Source: an uncultured Candidatus Poseidoniales archaeon (lineage in GTDB: Archaea > Thermoplasmatota > Poseidoniia > Poseidoniales > Thalassarchaeaceae). Taken from it: a DNA stretch of 53,011 nt. Numbering within the stretch: position 1 is the stretch's first letter; each line of letters begins with the position of its first letter. Shown here in pieces: positions 19,135-29,411 of this stretch. The position numbers and the translations under genes were made by a program. The stretch lies in assembly GCA_964645485.1 (NCBI GenBank), contig CAZXZO010000013.1, forward strand, positions 1 to 53,011. The letters run 5' to 3'. Under the pieces are notes generated by a model. That model was not told the origin of the DNA. It saw nothing but the letters and a program-made list of their open reading frames with translations, and ran no database searches.

Positions 19135-19716
19135 TCACTCGGATAACGTGACCTCTCCGCCAGTCCATCTTTGTGATAATTGATGTTCAACATCTAACTG
19201 GTCAAGGATACGTGCTATTACGAAATCAACCAAGTCATCAATTGATTGTGGATTGTTGTAATATCCTGGATTTGCTGGAAGAATGACTACCCCATACCCG
19301 GATAATTTTGCCATGTTTTCAAGTTGTACGGTTGCGTATGGTGTTTCACGTGGCACGACAATTAGTTTCCTTCGTTCTTTGAGGGCAACCATGCCTGAAC
19401 GTGTGATGAGGTTGTCACTAATGCCTGCTGCTAATTTTGAAATCGTCGTTCCAGATGCGGGGCAGATGATGTATGCGTCAAATTTGGCTGAGCCAGAGGC
19501 TGATTTTGCAGCTAAATTGTCGTTGTTTTCGAGTAGCGCTCCATACCTTGTTGCAAGTTGTTGAGGAGTCTGGCCACATTCAAGGTCGAGATTGATTGCT
19601 CCTTCTCGACTTATGATGAGATTAATGTCCCATCCAGATTGAGTCAAGATCTCGAGTAAACGAGCCCCGTATCGCGCCCCACTTGCTCCGCTGATAGCCA
19701 ATACTGCTGATGGCAT
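19135..19716 (-). CDS. ubiX: Flavin prenyltransferase UbiX
   Basis: ISGASG, SGS, CPASGTTISKLAAGISDNLITR, VPRETP, PANPGYY. Confidence 0.95.
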   Translation of the reverse strand: MPSAVLAISGASGARYGARLLEILTQSGWDINLIISREGAINLDLECGQTPQQLATRYGALLENNDNLAAKSASGSAKFDAYIICPASGTTISKLAAGISDNLITRSGMVALKERRKLIVVPRETPYATVQLENMAKLSGYGVVILPANPGYYNNPQSIDDLVDFVIARILDQLDVEHQLSQRWTGGEVTLSE

Positions 19717-19737
19717 TGTTTCTCGCTAACCGCTATC

Positions 19738-20898
19738 TCATTTCAACTCTTGTAAACATGAATTGAAAGCATCCATGGCTGCTGCAAATGCCTCAGGCTC
19801 TCCTCCCCAAGCAACTCTCACCATGTTTGAAAGACTAGATGAAAACATCAATGCAGGGGTTGCTAAGACTCCATGCTTTGAGCAGATATCTTCCACGAAT
19901 CGCTGACAATCTATATTCGGAGGTAGTGGAAAACATCCAAAGATTCCCGTTGGTGGAGGATTCCATTCAATGCCATTTGCTGATAATACGTCAATGAGTA
20001 TCGGTAAGTTATCTTCCCTCCTCTTTTTGATCAATTCTAGGGGTTCATCAAGATAAGGCCACGCTATTTCTGCTAAGCGGAGAGATGGTGTAGAAAGCAT
20101 TCCCTGCATGTTATTCATCACTCGGAGTGCATTTGTTGCGGTTTTTTCAGAACCAATAATCCAACCAATTCTTAACCCACCAAGACCGTAACATTTGGTT
20201 AGAGAGTTTACAGACACGCAGTGAGGTCCATATTTGAACATAGGTCGATGATATGGTGTGCCAATTGTAGTATCGAGGTAAACCTCATCCGAAATCAATC
20301 CTACTTCGTAGTCTCTACATATGTCAGATAACCACTGCTGGTCATTTTCGTCCATCATCCATCCTGTAGGATTTTGAACAGGGGTTGTAATCACGGCACA
20401 GACCCCATCAATAATTGATTGTAAAGACTCTCGGTCAATTCTCCAGGAGCCGCAATCCTCAGGGTTTTTCGGGCCTCGCCAAAATGGCACCACTTCAAAA
20501 CCAAGTGCACGTGGAAATTGAGATACAGGTGCGTAGGATGGCATTTCAACGGCAACTTTCCTTGGTTTATCAGGGTTCATTACTGACAAAAGTGCAAACA
20601 CGAGTGATTGGCTAACCCCATGACCTCCAGCCACTTGGGTTGGTTTGGCTCCCTCGCGGTCGGCCACCCATTGTCGAGGGTCAAGTGGCTTCCCAGTGTA
20701 CGGATTAGTTAGATCTGCTAGCACAATTCCGCCCGCTAATTCCTCCCAATCCCATGAGTAATGGAAACCTGATTGAGTCAAGTCATGGGTTACGCCTGCT
20801 TGTAATCGTGGCACATACCATTCCAAGTAGTCCACCGGTGGAAAATCACCGCCACCCACAAATTTACCGAGGTTTGGTGAAAGTGGGTGGTCTTCCAT
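19738..20898 (-). CDS. PLP-dependent aminotransferase, class I/II
   Basis: QNPTG, ISDEVY, NSLTKCYGLGGLRIGW (PLP lysine). Confidence 0.9.
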   Translation of the reverse strand: MEDHPLSPNLGKFVGGGDFPPVDYLEWYVPRLQAGVTHDLTQSGFHYSWDWEELAGGIVLADLTNPYTGKPLDPRQWVADREGAKPTQVAGGHGVSQSLVFALLSVMNPDKPRKVAVEMPSYAPVSQFPRALGFEVVPFWRGPKNPEDCGSWRIDRESLQSIIDGVCAVITTPVQNPTGWMMDENDQQWLSDICRDYEVGLISDEVYLDTTIGTPYHRPMFKYGPHCVSVNSLTKCYGLGGLRIGWIIGSEKTATNALRVMNNMQGMLSTPSLRLAEIAWPYLDEPLELIKKRREDNLPILIDVLSANGIEWNPPPTGIFGCFPLPPNIDCQRFVEDICSKHGVLATPALMFSSSLSNMVRVAWGGEPEAFAAAMDAFNSCLQELK

Positions 20899-20979
20899 CA
20901 GATTGTGGAATTAGTTTGACAACATGAAACCTTGCACTCAAATTCCACAAACTGAAATCGAGGAATTGCAGTTATGCGT

Positions 20980-21753
20980 TTATCGTGACCGAATTTTTGA
21001 AAGAAGTCTCAATAATTCTATGTAAAGCCAAACCAGAGTTATCATCAATCCAAACGCTGCATACCATTCAAGGTGCTTGGGCGCACCTTGCTCCACACCC
21101 TTCTCAATGAAATCGAAATCCATTACGAAGGTCAGTGCTGCAATTCCAATAACAAGCAATGAGAATCCGATTCCAATTAGGCCATTTCCGTGTATGTATG
21201 GGATTTGGTAAGGGGTAGCAAGTGCTAGAACGAATGATACCATGTAAATAAGGAAAATAGCACCCATTGCTGAGGCGACACCAATTCTGAAGTTTTCAGT
21301 AGGGGAGATTAGGCCAGCACGATAGATAACTAGCATAATCAAGAATAATCCAAATGTTAGAGAGATGGCTTGGATAATTATTCCACTATACATTGTCTCA
21401 AAGATACCTGACATTGGTCCGAGTACCATTCCTTCAAAAGCAGCATAAATTGGTCCGATATATACTGCATGACGTTTATCAATGAACCACATCGAAATTG
21501 CTGCACCAAGAGAACCGATTACGCCCAAAAAGAACAACATGCTCCCTAAACCGGGATTATTGACCATTGACATCCAAGAAAATGTTGCAGTTACAACGCA
21601 TATTCCTAGCAATAGCATTGTTTTATTGGCAACTCCCTCAAGTGTCATTCTTTTTTCACCAGTGCCAAATCCAAATGTATTGTCATTCAGATAGGGGTTA
21701 CTTGAGCGCATCATGCCCTTTCGTTGAGGGGCGACGTTCTCAAACCTTCGCAT
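20980..21753 (-). CDS. Bax inhibitor-1 / YccA family membrane protein (start may be 21714)
   Basis: MRSSNP, MTLEGVANKT, seven hydrophobic segments, DFDFIEKG...WYAAFGLMITLVWLYIELLRLL. Confidence 0.9.
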   Translation of the reverse strand: MRRFENVAPQRKGMMRSSNPYLNDNTFGFGTGEKRMTLEGVANKTMLLLGICVVTATFSWMSMVNNPGLGSMLFFLGVIGSLGAAISMWFIDKRHAVYIGPIYAAFEGMVLGPMSGIFETMYSGIIIQAISLTFGLFLIMLVIYRAGLISPTENFRIGVASAMGAIFLIYMVSFVLALATPYQIPYIHGNGLIGIGFSLLVIGIAALTFVMDFDFIEKGVEQGAPKHLEWYAAFGLMITLVWLYIELLRLLSKIRSR

Positions 21754-21754
21754 A

Positions 21755-22423
21755 CTAATTTGGCCACGGGGGGTTAGAGACCTTGCAACTGATTTTTCCT
21801 ACAGTTCTACCTAGGCTAGCCTGTGCACTGGAAATTAACATCGCCTCTAAGATTTCACGAGTAAGTTTTCCCTCACCTAAGGCGCTGAGAGATGTTGTTG
21901 TGCCAGATTCAAGACCACAACCGGCTAACCCTTCGACTCTCCCCGCTGGAGTATTGTAGTTGATAGTTAAACCATGTCGGCTGACCCATTTTAGGAAATT
22001 TAACCCCACGCTCGAAAATTTGTGGCCAGTCTTCCATACACCTTGCATACGTTCATCTCTTGAGCCAATAATTCCTAATGGCTGCAATGCATCGATAATC
22101 CACTCTTCTAGCAAGTTGATTACCGCAGCAACGTTCTTTTCACCATCTAAATCCCAGAGGAAAATTGGGTATGCTACTAATTGACCAGGGCCATGCCATG
22201 TGATTCCCCCACCACGGTCTATAGGGGATGTAGCGAAACGTTCGGGGACGACAATTCCATCTTTTCTCGCTTTTGGTCCGATAGTGACAACTTCAGGGTG
22301 TTCGACTAGAATTAATGTGTCTATAATCTCATTATTGATGCGTAACTTCTGTAGTCGTTTCATCTCTTCTGCAACAATTGAATGTTCGACAATTCCGGCA
22401 ATAATAACGTCGAATTGGCGCAT
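21755..22423 (-). CDS. lipB: Lipoyl(octanoyl) transferase LipB
   Basis: LVEHPEVVTIG, DRGGGITWHGPGQLVAYPI, HKFSSVG, RHGLTIN, AGCG. Confidence 0.9.
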   Translation of the reverse strand: MRQFDVIIAGIVEHSIVAEEMKRLQKLRINNEIIDTLILVEHPEVVTIGPKARKDGIVVPERFATSPIDRGGGITWHGPGQLVAYPIFLWDLDGEKNVAAVINLLEEWIIDALQPLGIIGSRDERMQGVWKTGHKFSSVGLNFLKWVSRHGLTINYNTPAGRVEGLAGCGLESGTTTSLSALGEGKLTREILEAMLISSAQASLGRTVGKISCKVSNPPWPN

Positions 22424-22427
22424 TTCA

Positions 22428-23852
22428 TCACATCGTGTGAATTGCGTGCCCCAAAGTCTTGAGCACACCTTCATGGAATGCTTCAGTCATTGTTGGATGA
22501 GCATGAATGGTTGCCGCAATATCCTCCAAGACTGCACCCATCTCTAGAGCTAAGACAAATGCACCAGATAATTCAGCAACATGGCTACCTACTGCTTGAA
22601 CGCCTAGGATTAAGTGGTCAGATTCCCGGGCAACAACCCGAACAAATCCACCTGTCTTTTCTGCTTCAAGAGTTAAGGCTCTTCCATTTGCTGCTAATGG
22701 GAACTTGCCTACAATGATTTCTTCGCCAGCATCAGTTGCTTCATCGGGACTCATCCCAACACTAACAATTTCAGGTTCAGTGAAAACAATGGCTGGAATA
22801 GCAACTGGCTCGAAAGAACGCTTCTTGCCAGCAATTATTTCTGCAACCATTTCACCTTGTGCACTTGCTTTGTGGGCAAGTAAAGGCTCACCATTCAGGT
22901 CGCCAATAGCATAAATCCCTCGCATGTTGGTCTTACATTGAGAATCAACTGCTACAAATCTACCAGATTCATCCATTTTGACTCCCATTTCTTCTAAGCC
23001 CCATCCAGTCGTATTGGCTTTACGGCCAACGGTAACAAGCACTTTGTCAAAGTTTTCTGAAACTAAATCACCATCTTTGTTTTTCCATGATAATTCGACT
23101 CCGTCATCACTAATTTCAGCACCCGCTGCCAAACAATTTGTGTGAACCTTCACCTTATTTTTCTTGAGCCATCTCTCTAAGGGTCGACGAATTTCGGCGT
23201 CAAATAGAGATACAACAGTATCAAGACCTTCAATCACTGTAATCTCAACGCCGATTTTCCGTAGCGCACATCCAAGTTCAAGGCCGATATATCCGCCTCC
23301 GATGACAGCAATTTTTTCTGGTAATTGTTCCAAATCAAGTGCACCTGTGGAAGAAATTATGTGTTCTCCATCATAGGGCATAAATGGTAATTCAATTGGC
23401 TTAGACCCAGTTGCTAGAATGACATTTTCAGTGGTAATGTGAGCGATTTTGTTGCCATCAGAATCTGTGACATTACAGGTCTTTCCATCAAGGAATGTTG
23501 CCCAGCCTTTTACCAGCCTCGCTCCATTAGCCTTGAGAAGTGCCTCAACTCCTTTGTTGAGTTTGTCAACAATTTTGTCTTTCCAATCAACTAATGCTGG
23601 CATATCAATAGATACATCACCATCAACTTTGAGGCCCATGTGGCCACTTTGATGTTTTTTGAGTGATTCAAATCTTTCAGCAGCATGGATTATTGCTTTT
23701 GATGGAATACAGCCGCGAATCAAACAGGTCCCACCTGCTCGGTCGCCTTCAACAATAATTGTGTCAAGCCCTAATTGAGCGGCCCGAATTGCTGCTACAT
23801 AGCCTCCAGGGCCAGCACCAACCACCAATACTTGGCAAGAAATTTGTTCCAT
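22428..23852 (-). CDS. lpdA: Dihydrolipoamide dehydrogenase (E3)
   Basis: GAGPGGY, GGTCLIRGCIPSKA, GGGYIGLE, HAHPTMTE. Confidence 0.97.
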   Translation of the reverse strand: MEQISCQVLVVGAGPGGYVAAIRAAQLGLDTIIVEGDRAGGTCLIRGCIPSKAIIHAAERFESLKKHQSGHMGLKVDGDVSIDMPALVDWKDKIVDKLNKGVEALLKANGARLVKGWATFLDGKTCNVTDSDGNKIAHITTENVILATGSKPIELPFMPYDGEHIISSTGALDLEQLPEKIAVIGGGYIGLELGCALRKIGVEITVIEGLDTVVSLFDAEIRRPLERWLKKNKVKVHTNCLAAGAEISDDGVELSWKNKDGDLVSENFDKVLVTVGRKANTTGWGLEEMGVKMDESGRFVAVDSQCKTNMRGIYAIGDLNGEPLLAHKASAQGEMVAEIIAGKKRSFEPVAIPAIVFTEPEIVSVGMSPDEATDAGEEIIVGKFPLAANGRALTLEAEKTGGFVRVVARESDHLILGVQAVGSHVAELSGAFVLALEMGAVLEDIAATIHAHPTMTEAFHEGVLKTLGHAIHTM

Positions 23853-23863
23853 CCAATTTCACC

Positions 23864-25180
23864 TCAAAGAATCTGTGTGGGGTGCTCAAGAAGATGCTTC
23901 AAACCCTGCACCAAGGCAGCGCCGTTGGCGCCGTCGACAACTCGATGGTCAAATGATGAAGAGAGATTCATCATTCTGCGAATAGTGATTTTCCCATCCA
24001 ATACTACTGGGCGATCTATTGCTTTGTGAACGCCTAGGATGCCCACTTCTGGGGTGTTGATAATTGGTGTCGCACCTATTCCTCCATCTCTTCCAAGTGA
24101 GGTTATTGTGAAGGTTGAGCCGGTTAGGTCTGAGAGTGTGGCTGTTCCATCCCTTGCTCCACTTGCCACTCTTCCAAGTTCACTTGCGAGTTCCCAGATA
24201 TTCATTGCCTCACAATTTTTCACGACAGGCACGTAAAGACCCCTGTCAGTAGTTGTCGCGATTCCCATGTTCACAGCGTTGTGTAAAACAAGAACTTCTC
24301 TGTCATCTTCGTAATGCCCATTACACCCATGGTGCCCTTCTTTGAACAGTTTAACCAATGCCTGCATGATGAATGGTAAGTATGTGAGTTTAGGTTGCTC
24401 TGCCGTGCGGTTTACATTGAGCCATTGGCGTAATGCTTCCAATTCAGTAACATCAACCTCTTCGAAGTATGAAAAGTGAGGGATTTGAGTATATGACTTT
24501 GTCATTTGTTCTGCAATCTTACGCCTCAAACCAACAATTGGGATTTCAGTTGTGCCATCAGCTGGTTGCCCCGGCGCTGAGAATTTTATTCCACCTGCAG
24601 ATTCGCCTGCTTCATTATGAGCATCTAAATCAGCATGGCTGATTCTGCCAGCCGGGCCAGTGCCGCTAACTTGGCTGAGGTCAATACCTTCATCCTTGGC
24701 TCGCTGGCGTACGGCTGGTGACGCCAAGGCCCTTCCTCCAACACCGCTTCCACCACTCAAAGCACTTGAGGGAGTGCTGGTTTGACTTTGCTGTACTCGC
24801 TCTGGAATTGGTGCTGGTGTTGGCTCAGGTGTTGGCTCTGGTTGAGCGACTGGTTCGGGAGCTGGTTCGGGAGTTTTTTCTTCGGCAGGTGCCTCTGGTA
24901 CGGGCGCAGGCTCGTCACTTTTGGAGACGTTTCCTTCACCTTCTACTTCAAACTCAATACAGACCGAACCTACAGCGATTATTTCACCCGGCTTGCCAAC
25001 AGTTGACAGAATTTTTCCTGTAACAGGACTTGGAATGGTTACTGTTGCCTTGTCAGTCATTACATCCATCAATGAATCGTCTTCTTCAACCGAAGCACCA
25101 ACTTCGATATGCCATTGAACGACCTCACCTTCAACAACTCCTTCTCCGATGTCTGGTAATCTGAAAGCATAAATCCCCAT
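23864..25180 (-). CDS. bkdB: Branched-chain 2-oxoacid dehydrogenase E2 (dihydrolipoamide acyltransferase)
   Basis: Lipoyl domain VMTDKA, Pro/Glu-rich linker, E3-binding ALASPAVR, catalytic FDHRVVDG. Confidence 0.93.
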   Translation of the reverse strand: MGIYAFRLPDIGEGVVEGEVVQWHIEVGASVEEDDSLMDVMTDKATVTIPSPVTGKILSTVGKPGEIIAVGSVCIEFEVEGEGNVSKSDEPAPVPEAPAEEKTPEPAPEPVAQPEPTPEPTPAPIPERVQQSQTSTPSSALSGGSGVGGRALASPAVRQRAKDEGIDLSQVSGTGPAGRISHADLDAHNEAGESAGGIKFSAPGQPADGTTEIPIVGLRRKIAEQMTKSYTQIPHFSYFEEVDVTELEALRQWLNVNRTAEQPKLTYLPFIMQALVKLFKEGHHGCNGHYEDDREVLVLHNAVNMGIATTTDRGLYVPVVKNCEAMNIWELASELGRVASGARDGTATLSDLTGSTFTITSLGRDGGIGATPIINTPEVGILGVHKAIDRPVVLDGKITIRRMMNLSSSFDHRVVDGANGAALVQGLKHLLEHPTQIL

Positions 25181-25182
25181 GT

Positions 25183-26193
25183 TTAATCCTCCTGTGTTCT
25201 CTTTATTGCCTCAGCAATTCTTTGTGGACTTGGTAAGTAATCCCACTCAGTACTGTGTGGGAAGGGTGTATCCCAACCAGTGACTCTCTCAATTGGGCTT
25301 TCAAGGTGATAGAAGCAACGCTCTTGCACGCTTGCTGACATTTCAGCACCAAAACCACTCGTTTTTGGAGCCTCGTGTACAATCACGCAGCGGCCTGTTT
25401 TCTTCACAGAATTCACTACCGCATCTCTGTCCCATGGGACAAGGGATTGTAAATCAATTAAGTCACAAGAGATTCCTGAATCTTCGATACCCTGTTGGGC
25501 AACGTGAACCATTGCTCCCCACGCAATAACAGTACATTTCTCGCCTTCCATAACCATATTTGCTTCTCCAAGTGGTATTGAATAATGCTCTTCAGGTACA
25601 TCACTATACTCGTGCCCTTTCCAAGTTGGCACGTTGTGAGGGTCGCCATAAAATGGGCCGCGGTAGCAGCGTTTTGGCTCAAAGAAAACAACCGGGTCGT
25701 TACACTCAATAGCACTGATTAGCAGTCCCTTTGCATTGTAAGGGTTTGAACAGTAAACTACCTTGATTCCCGGGGTATGGGTGAATTGAGATTCCGGAGA
25801 TTGTGAATGGTGATGGCCACCTTTGATACCTCCACCTGCGGGTGTTCGAATAGTTACAGGGGTGCTAAATTCTCCGCCACTTCGGTGCCTAAGTTTTGCC
25901 ATTTCATTTACGATTTGGTCGTAAGCAGGGAAGATGTAATCGGCAAATTGTATTTCCATTACAGGTCGGAGTCCATTGAGTCCCATTCCAAATGCGATAG
26001 CAGCAATTCCGCCTTCTGCTAGCGGGGTGTCAAAGACTCGTTTTTCTCCATGTTTCTCTTGTAAGCCATCAGTGACTCTGAAGACACCACCAAAATAGCC
26101 AACATCTTCACCGAAAATGAGGACATTTGGGTCTGATTCCATTAGGTTGTCTAGAGCGCTGTTCAATGATTGTATCATATTCATTTCCGTCAT
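25183..26193 (-). CDS. bkdA2: 2-oxoisovalerate dehydrogenase E1 beta subunit
   Basis: FGEDVGYFGGVFRVT, DTPLAEGGI, EIQFADY, HHHSQS, VHEAP; GAGGTGA upstream. Confidence 0.93.
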   Translation of the reverse strand: MTEMNMIQSLNSALDNLMESDPNVLIFGEDVGYFGGVFRVTDGLQEKHGEKRVFDTPLAEGGIAAIAFGMGLNGLRPVMEIQFADYIFPAYDQIVNEMAKLRHRSGGEFSTPVTIRTPAGGGIKGGHHHSQSPESQFTHTPGIKVVYCSNPYNAKGLLISAIECNDPVVFFEPKRCYRGPFYGDPHNVPTWKGHEYSDVPEEHYSIPLGEANMVMEGEKCTVIAWGAMVHVAQQGIEDSGISCDLIDLQSLVPWDRDAVVNSVKKTGRCVIVHEAPKTSGFGAEMSASVQERCFYHLESPIERVTGWDTPFPHSTEWDYLPSPQRIAEAIKRTQED

Positions 26194-26203
26194 AACAATC
26201 ACC

Positions 26204-27445
26204 TCACTTTCCTAACTCCTCTCGTTGTTCTTGGATGTGCCAGGGTACTTCTTCGTAAACTTCTGTGAATATGGTGCTGGCGGGTGGCCACGGTCCGTTT
26301 GCTAGGTCGCCATGAGTTACGGCTTCTTTGTAGGCTGCTACAACTTCTTCATCTAGCGCACGCTCGAGTTCAGAGTGTTGCTCTTCGCTCCAGTCTCCAT
26401 TCAAAATTAGATGATTTTTAAGTCGCTCAATTGGGTCACCACCCGGCCAAAACTCATGCTCATTTGCTGGTCGGTAACGGCTTGCATCGTCACTGCTGCT
26501 ATGAGCGCCAGTACGGTAAGTTAGGATTTCAATGTGGGTTGCACCCAATCCTGCAGATGCTCGTTCCCTAGCCCACCTGGTGACTGAGTACAAGGCCAAG
26601 AAATCATTTCCATCTACTCTTAGACATGGTATGTCGTATGGGAGGGCACGGGTTGCAAAGTTTTCTCCGCCTGATGCGAAGTTTTTGTGGGTTGAAATTG
26701 CCCATTGGTTATTGACAACACACAAGATGACTGGTGGCTTGAAAACACTTGCAAAATTGACGGCGTAGTGGTAATCACCTTCAGCGCTTGCGCCATCTCC
26801 AATCCATGTGATTGTTGCTTGGTCTTCTCCCTTGTAGGCACTTGCCATTGCAACACCTACAGCTTGTGAAAATTGTGTTCCAACAGGACTTGAAACAGAG
26901 ATATAGTATCCATCTTTGTAAGTATAATGGACAGGCATTTGCCTACCTTTAACATTGTCTTCAACATTTCCAATGCAGTGATTTATCATGCTAACCATGC
27001 TTCTTCCTCTAACAAATTGACAGCCAGGCTGGCGATATGTTGGGAACAACCAATCGTGGTCCTGCAAGGCCATTGTTTGTGAAATTGCAATTGCTTCTTC
27101 GCCAAGAGATCGCATGTAAAAGGAAAGTTTCCCAGTTCGCTGCATCTTCATCATACGGTCGTCAAAAATTCGGAGACGACACATTTGCTCAAGTCCCAAG
27201 CGCAATTCATCGGCGCTTAGATTTGGATTCCATGCTCCGCTGGCAACTCCTTCATCATCAAGAACTCTAATCAATCCTTCAGCGTGTTTGGTGGTATCTT
27301 CGGATGTACACGTATTTGGGTCGGGTTGACTCAAATCTTCAGGAGTATATGTCCAAGGTTCAAAATGTGACTCTTCTCCAGGTCGACTTGGAGCATCTGG
27401 GACTGTAAATCCATCCAAACCACCCCCCTGCTCGCCCTCTGTCAT
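26204..27445 (-). CDS. bkdA1: 2-oxoisovalerate dehydrogenase E1 alpha subunit
   Basis: TPP motif GDGA...NNQWAIS, FYMRSLGEEA, YRTGAHSSSDD; N-terminus VPDAPSRPG typical of the proteobacterial BkdA1 type. Confidence 0.93.
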   Translation of the reverse strand: MTEGEQGGGLDGFTVPDAPSRPGEESHFEPWTYTPEDLSQPDPNTCTSEDTTKHAEGLIRVLDDEGVASGAWNPNLSADELRLGLEQMCRLRIFDDRMMKMQRTGKLSFYMRSLGEEAIAISQTMALQDHDWLFPTYRQPGCQFVRGRSMVSMINHCIGNVEDNVKGRQMPVHYTYKDGYYISVSSPVGTQFSQAVGVAMASAYKGEDQATITWIGDGASAEGDYHYAVNFASVFKPPVILCVVNNQWAISTHKNFASGGENFATRALPYDIPCLRVDGNDFLALYSVTRWARERASAGLGATHIEILTYRTGAHSSSDDASRYRPANEHEFWPGGDPIERLKNHLILNGDWSEEQHSELERALDEEVVAAYKEAVTHGDLANGPWPPASTIFTEVYEEVPWHIQEQREELGK

Positions 27446-27480
27446 AGTTATTCCTCACACTGCTCCGACTATGATGATTT

Positions 27481-28545
27481 TCATGCCTGCCCATCTTTAG
27501 ATGGGCTGGAGGATAAATTGGATACAGCCGCTCCCGGGGCTGTAAGAGTCGCAACTACTGGCCCGCCATTTGCTTCTGCGAGTAACAAACCCGCACGGTA
27601 TGAAGAGCGTACTAGGGGCCCGCTTGCAACTGCTTTGAAACCGAATTTGCGAGCGGATTCATCCCATGTTGCAAATTGTTGCGGGGTAGGAAAGCGGTCA
27701 ACCGCCAGATGTTTCCATGATGGGCTTAGATATTGGCCAAGAGTAATCATGTCTACACCTGCTTCTCTTAACATGAGCAAGGCTTCCTCAACTTCCTCAT
27801 CAGTTTCGCCAACACCTACCATTAAACTGGTTTTTGTGAGTATGTCTGGGCGTAGTTTTTTCGCCTCTTTTAAGATGGCTAAAGATTGGTTAAAAGATGC
27901 CCGAGAATCACGAACATTTTGGTCTAATCTAGGCACACATTCTACGTTGTGTGCAAATACTGAAAGTGGGCTTTTGTCCAATAAGTAAGCAAGGGCTGAC
28001 ATATTGCCATCTAAGTCCGAACAAAGGAATTCAATAGTGACATTTGGTGCACTCTCTTTTACTGCGCTGATACACTTTTTGTAGTGGCTCGCCCCACCAT
28101 CTTCTAAGTCGTCTCTATTGACTACCGTAATCACTACATGAGATATTCCCATATTGCTAACAGCGGCTGCTAAATCTCTAGGCTCATTCTCGTCTAGGGA
28201 AGGGGGTGTTTTGATGGTTCCAACAGCACAAAAACGGCATGAACGAGTACATTCTTGTCCGGCAATCATGAATGTTGCAGTACCTCTTCCCCAGCAGTCG
28301 TGGACATTTGGGCATCGAGCCTCTTCACAAACTGTGTGCAGGTTGTTGTCCTTCACTCGGGATTTTGTTTCATTAAATTGAATTTGAGCATCTCCAACAG
28401 GTAAAGTAGTTCTAAACCACTCTGGCAAGCGTTTACGCTCAGACTTTCTCCGATCTTTTACAGAGGACCTTACAATACCTCCACAACCACCAGAACTAGT
28501 TTCTGAGAGGTCGTTTATTGGCAGTTGTTGTCCAGTCACCCGCAT
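27481..28545 (-). CDS. lipA: Lipoyl synthase (radical SAM)
   Basis: CEEARCPNVHDC, CTRSCRFC, GPLVRSSY. Confidence 0.97.
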   Translation of the reverse strand: MRVTGQQLPINDLSETSSGGCGGIVRSSVKDRRKSERKRLPEWFRTTLPVGDAQIQFNETKSRVKDNNLHTVCEEARCPNVHDCWGRGTATFMIAGQECTRSCRFCAVGTIKTPPSLDENEPRDLAAAVSNMGISHVVITVVNRDDLEDGGASHYKKCISAVKESAPNVTIEFLCSDLDGNMSALAYLLDKSPLSVFAHNVECVPRLDQNVRDSRASFNQSLAILKEAKKLRPDILTKTSLMVGVGETDEEVEEALLMLREAGVDMITLGQYLSPSWKHLAVDRFPTPQQFATWDESARKFGFKAVASGPLVRSSYRAGLLLAEANGGPVVATLTAPGAAVSNLSSSPSKDGQA

Positions 28546-28661
28546 CCCCTAATTGTGTCCCGGGGGGGCGATTCAAGTTAAGCCTTTGATTTCCTAAGGC
28601 AAACAACTCAACGCGGCAACCTCAAGTCACTTTGGCCCACCGCTTCTGCCCGGGTGTGGTA

Positions 28662-29411
28662 ATGGGTGTCGCTTTAGTCACCGGTGGAGCCAAGCGAATC
28701 GGTGCTGAAATTTGCCGTGCTTTGGCTAAAGACGGTCATTCAGTTATCATTCACTACTTGAATTCTACAGAGGCTGCTACTTCATTGTGTGAAGAGTTGA
28801 ATGATGTTTCAAAATCCGCTACAATTAAGGCAGATTTAGAAGACCTCGAGGATGTAAATTCATTGCTTCTGAAAGCATCTCAAATATTCGGTCCCATTGA
28901 CATTCTAATTAACAATGCTTCACTGTTTGAGTACGACAATATTTCTTCTTTGGATAGTGAGCGTTTCAATCGTTCTATAGCAATAAATACCCTTGCTCCA
29001 ATGTTGCTAACAAAAGCCTTCTCAGAACAATCGTTTCAGAGGCAAGGTTGTATCATAAATTTGCTAGATCAAAAATTGCAAAATCCAAATCCAGATTACC
29101 TCTCATACACTGCATCAAAAACTGCTCTCGCGGGTTTGGTAGAACCACTTGCAATTGGGTTGGCACCTGATATTCGAGTCAATGGTATCGCACCTGGGCT
29201 TACCCTTCCTTCCCCCCATGCTCCGGTATCAGAATTTGAAAAAATACACGACCAAACTCCCCTAGGGAGAGGCACGAAACCACAAGATATCGCGGAGGCA
29301 GTGATTTTCCTTGTCGGGGCACAATCCGTAACAGGGCAAGTTTTGTTTGTGGATGGTGGAGAGAGATTAAATCCTCGAGATACAGACGTACTATTTGGCA
29401 GAGGTGAGTAA
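28662..29411 (+). CDS. Pteridine reductase-like SDR (FolM/PTR1 type)
   Basis: TGGAKRIG, INNAS, YTASK, RVNGIAPG; directly followed by folB. Confidence 0.85.
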   Translation: MGVALVTGGAKRIGAEICRALAKDGHSVIIHYLNSTEAATSLCEELNDVSKSATIKADLEDLEDVNSLLLKASQIFGPIDILINNASLFEYDNISSLDSERFNRSIAINTLAPMLLTKAFSEQSFQRQGCIINLLDQKLQNPNPDYLSYTASKTALAGLVEPLAIGLAPDIRVNGIAPGLTLPSPHAPVSEFEKIHDQTPLGRGTKPQDIAEAVIFLVGAQSVTGQVLFVDGGERLNPRDTDVLFGRGE

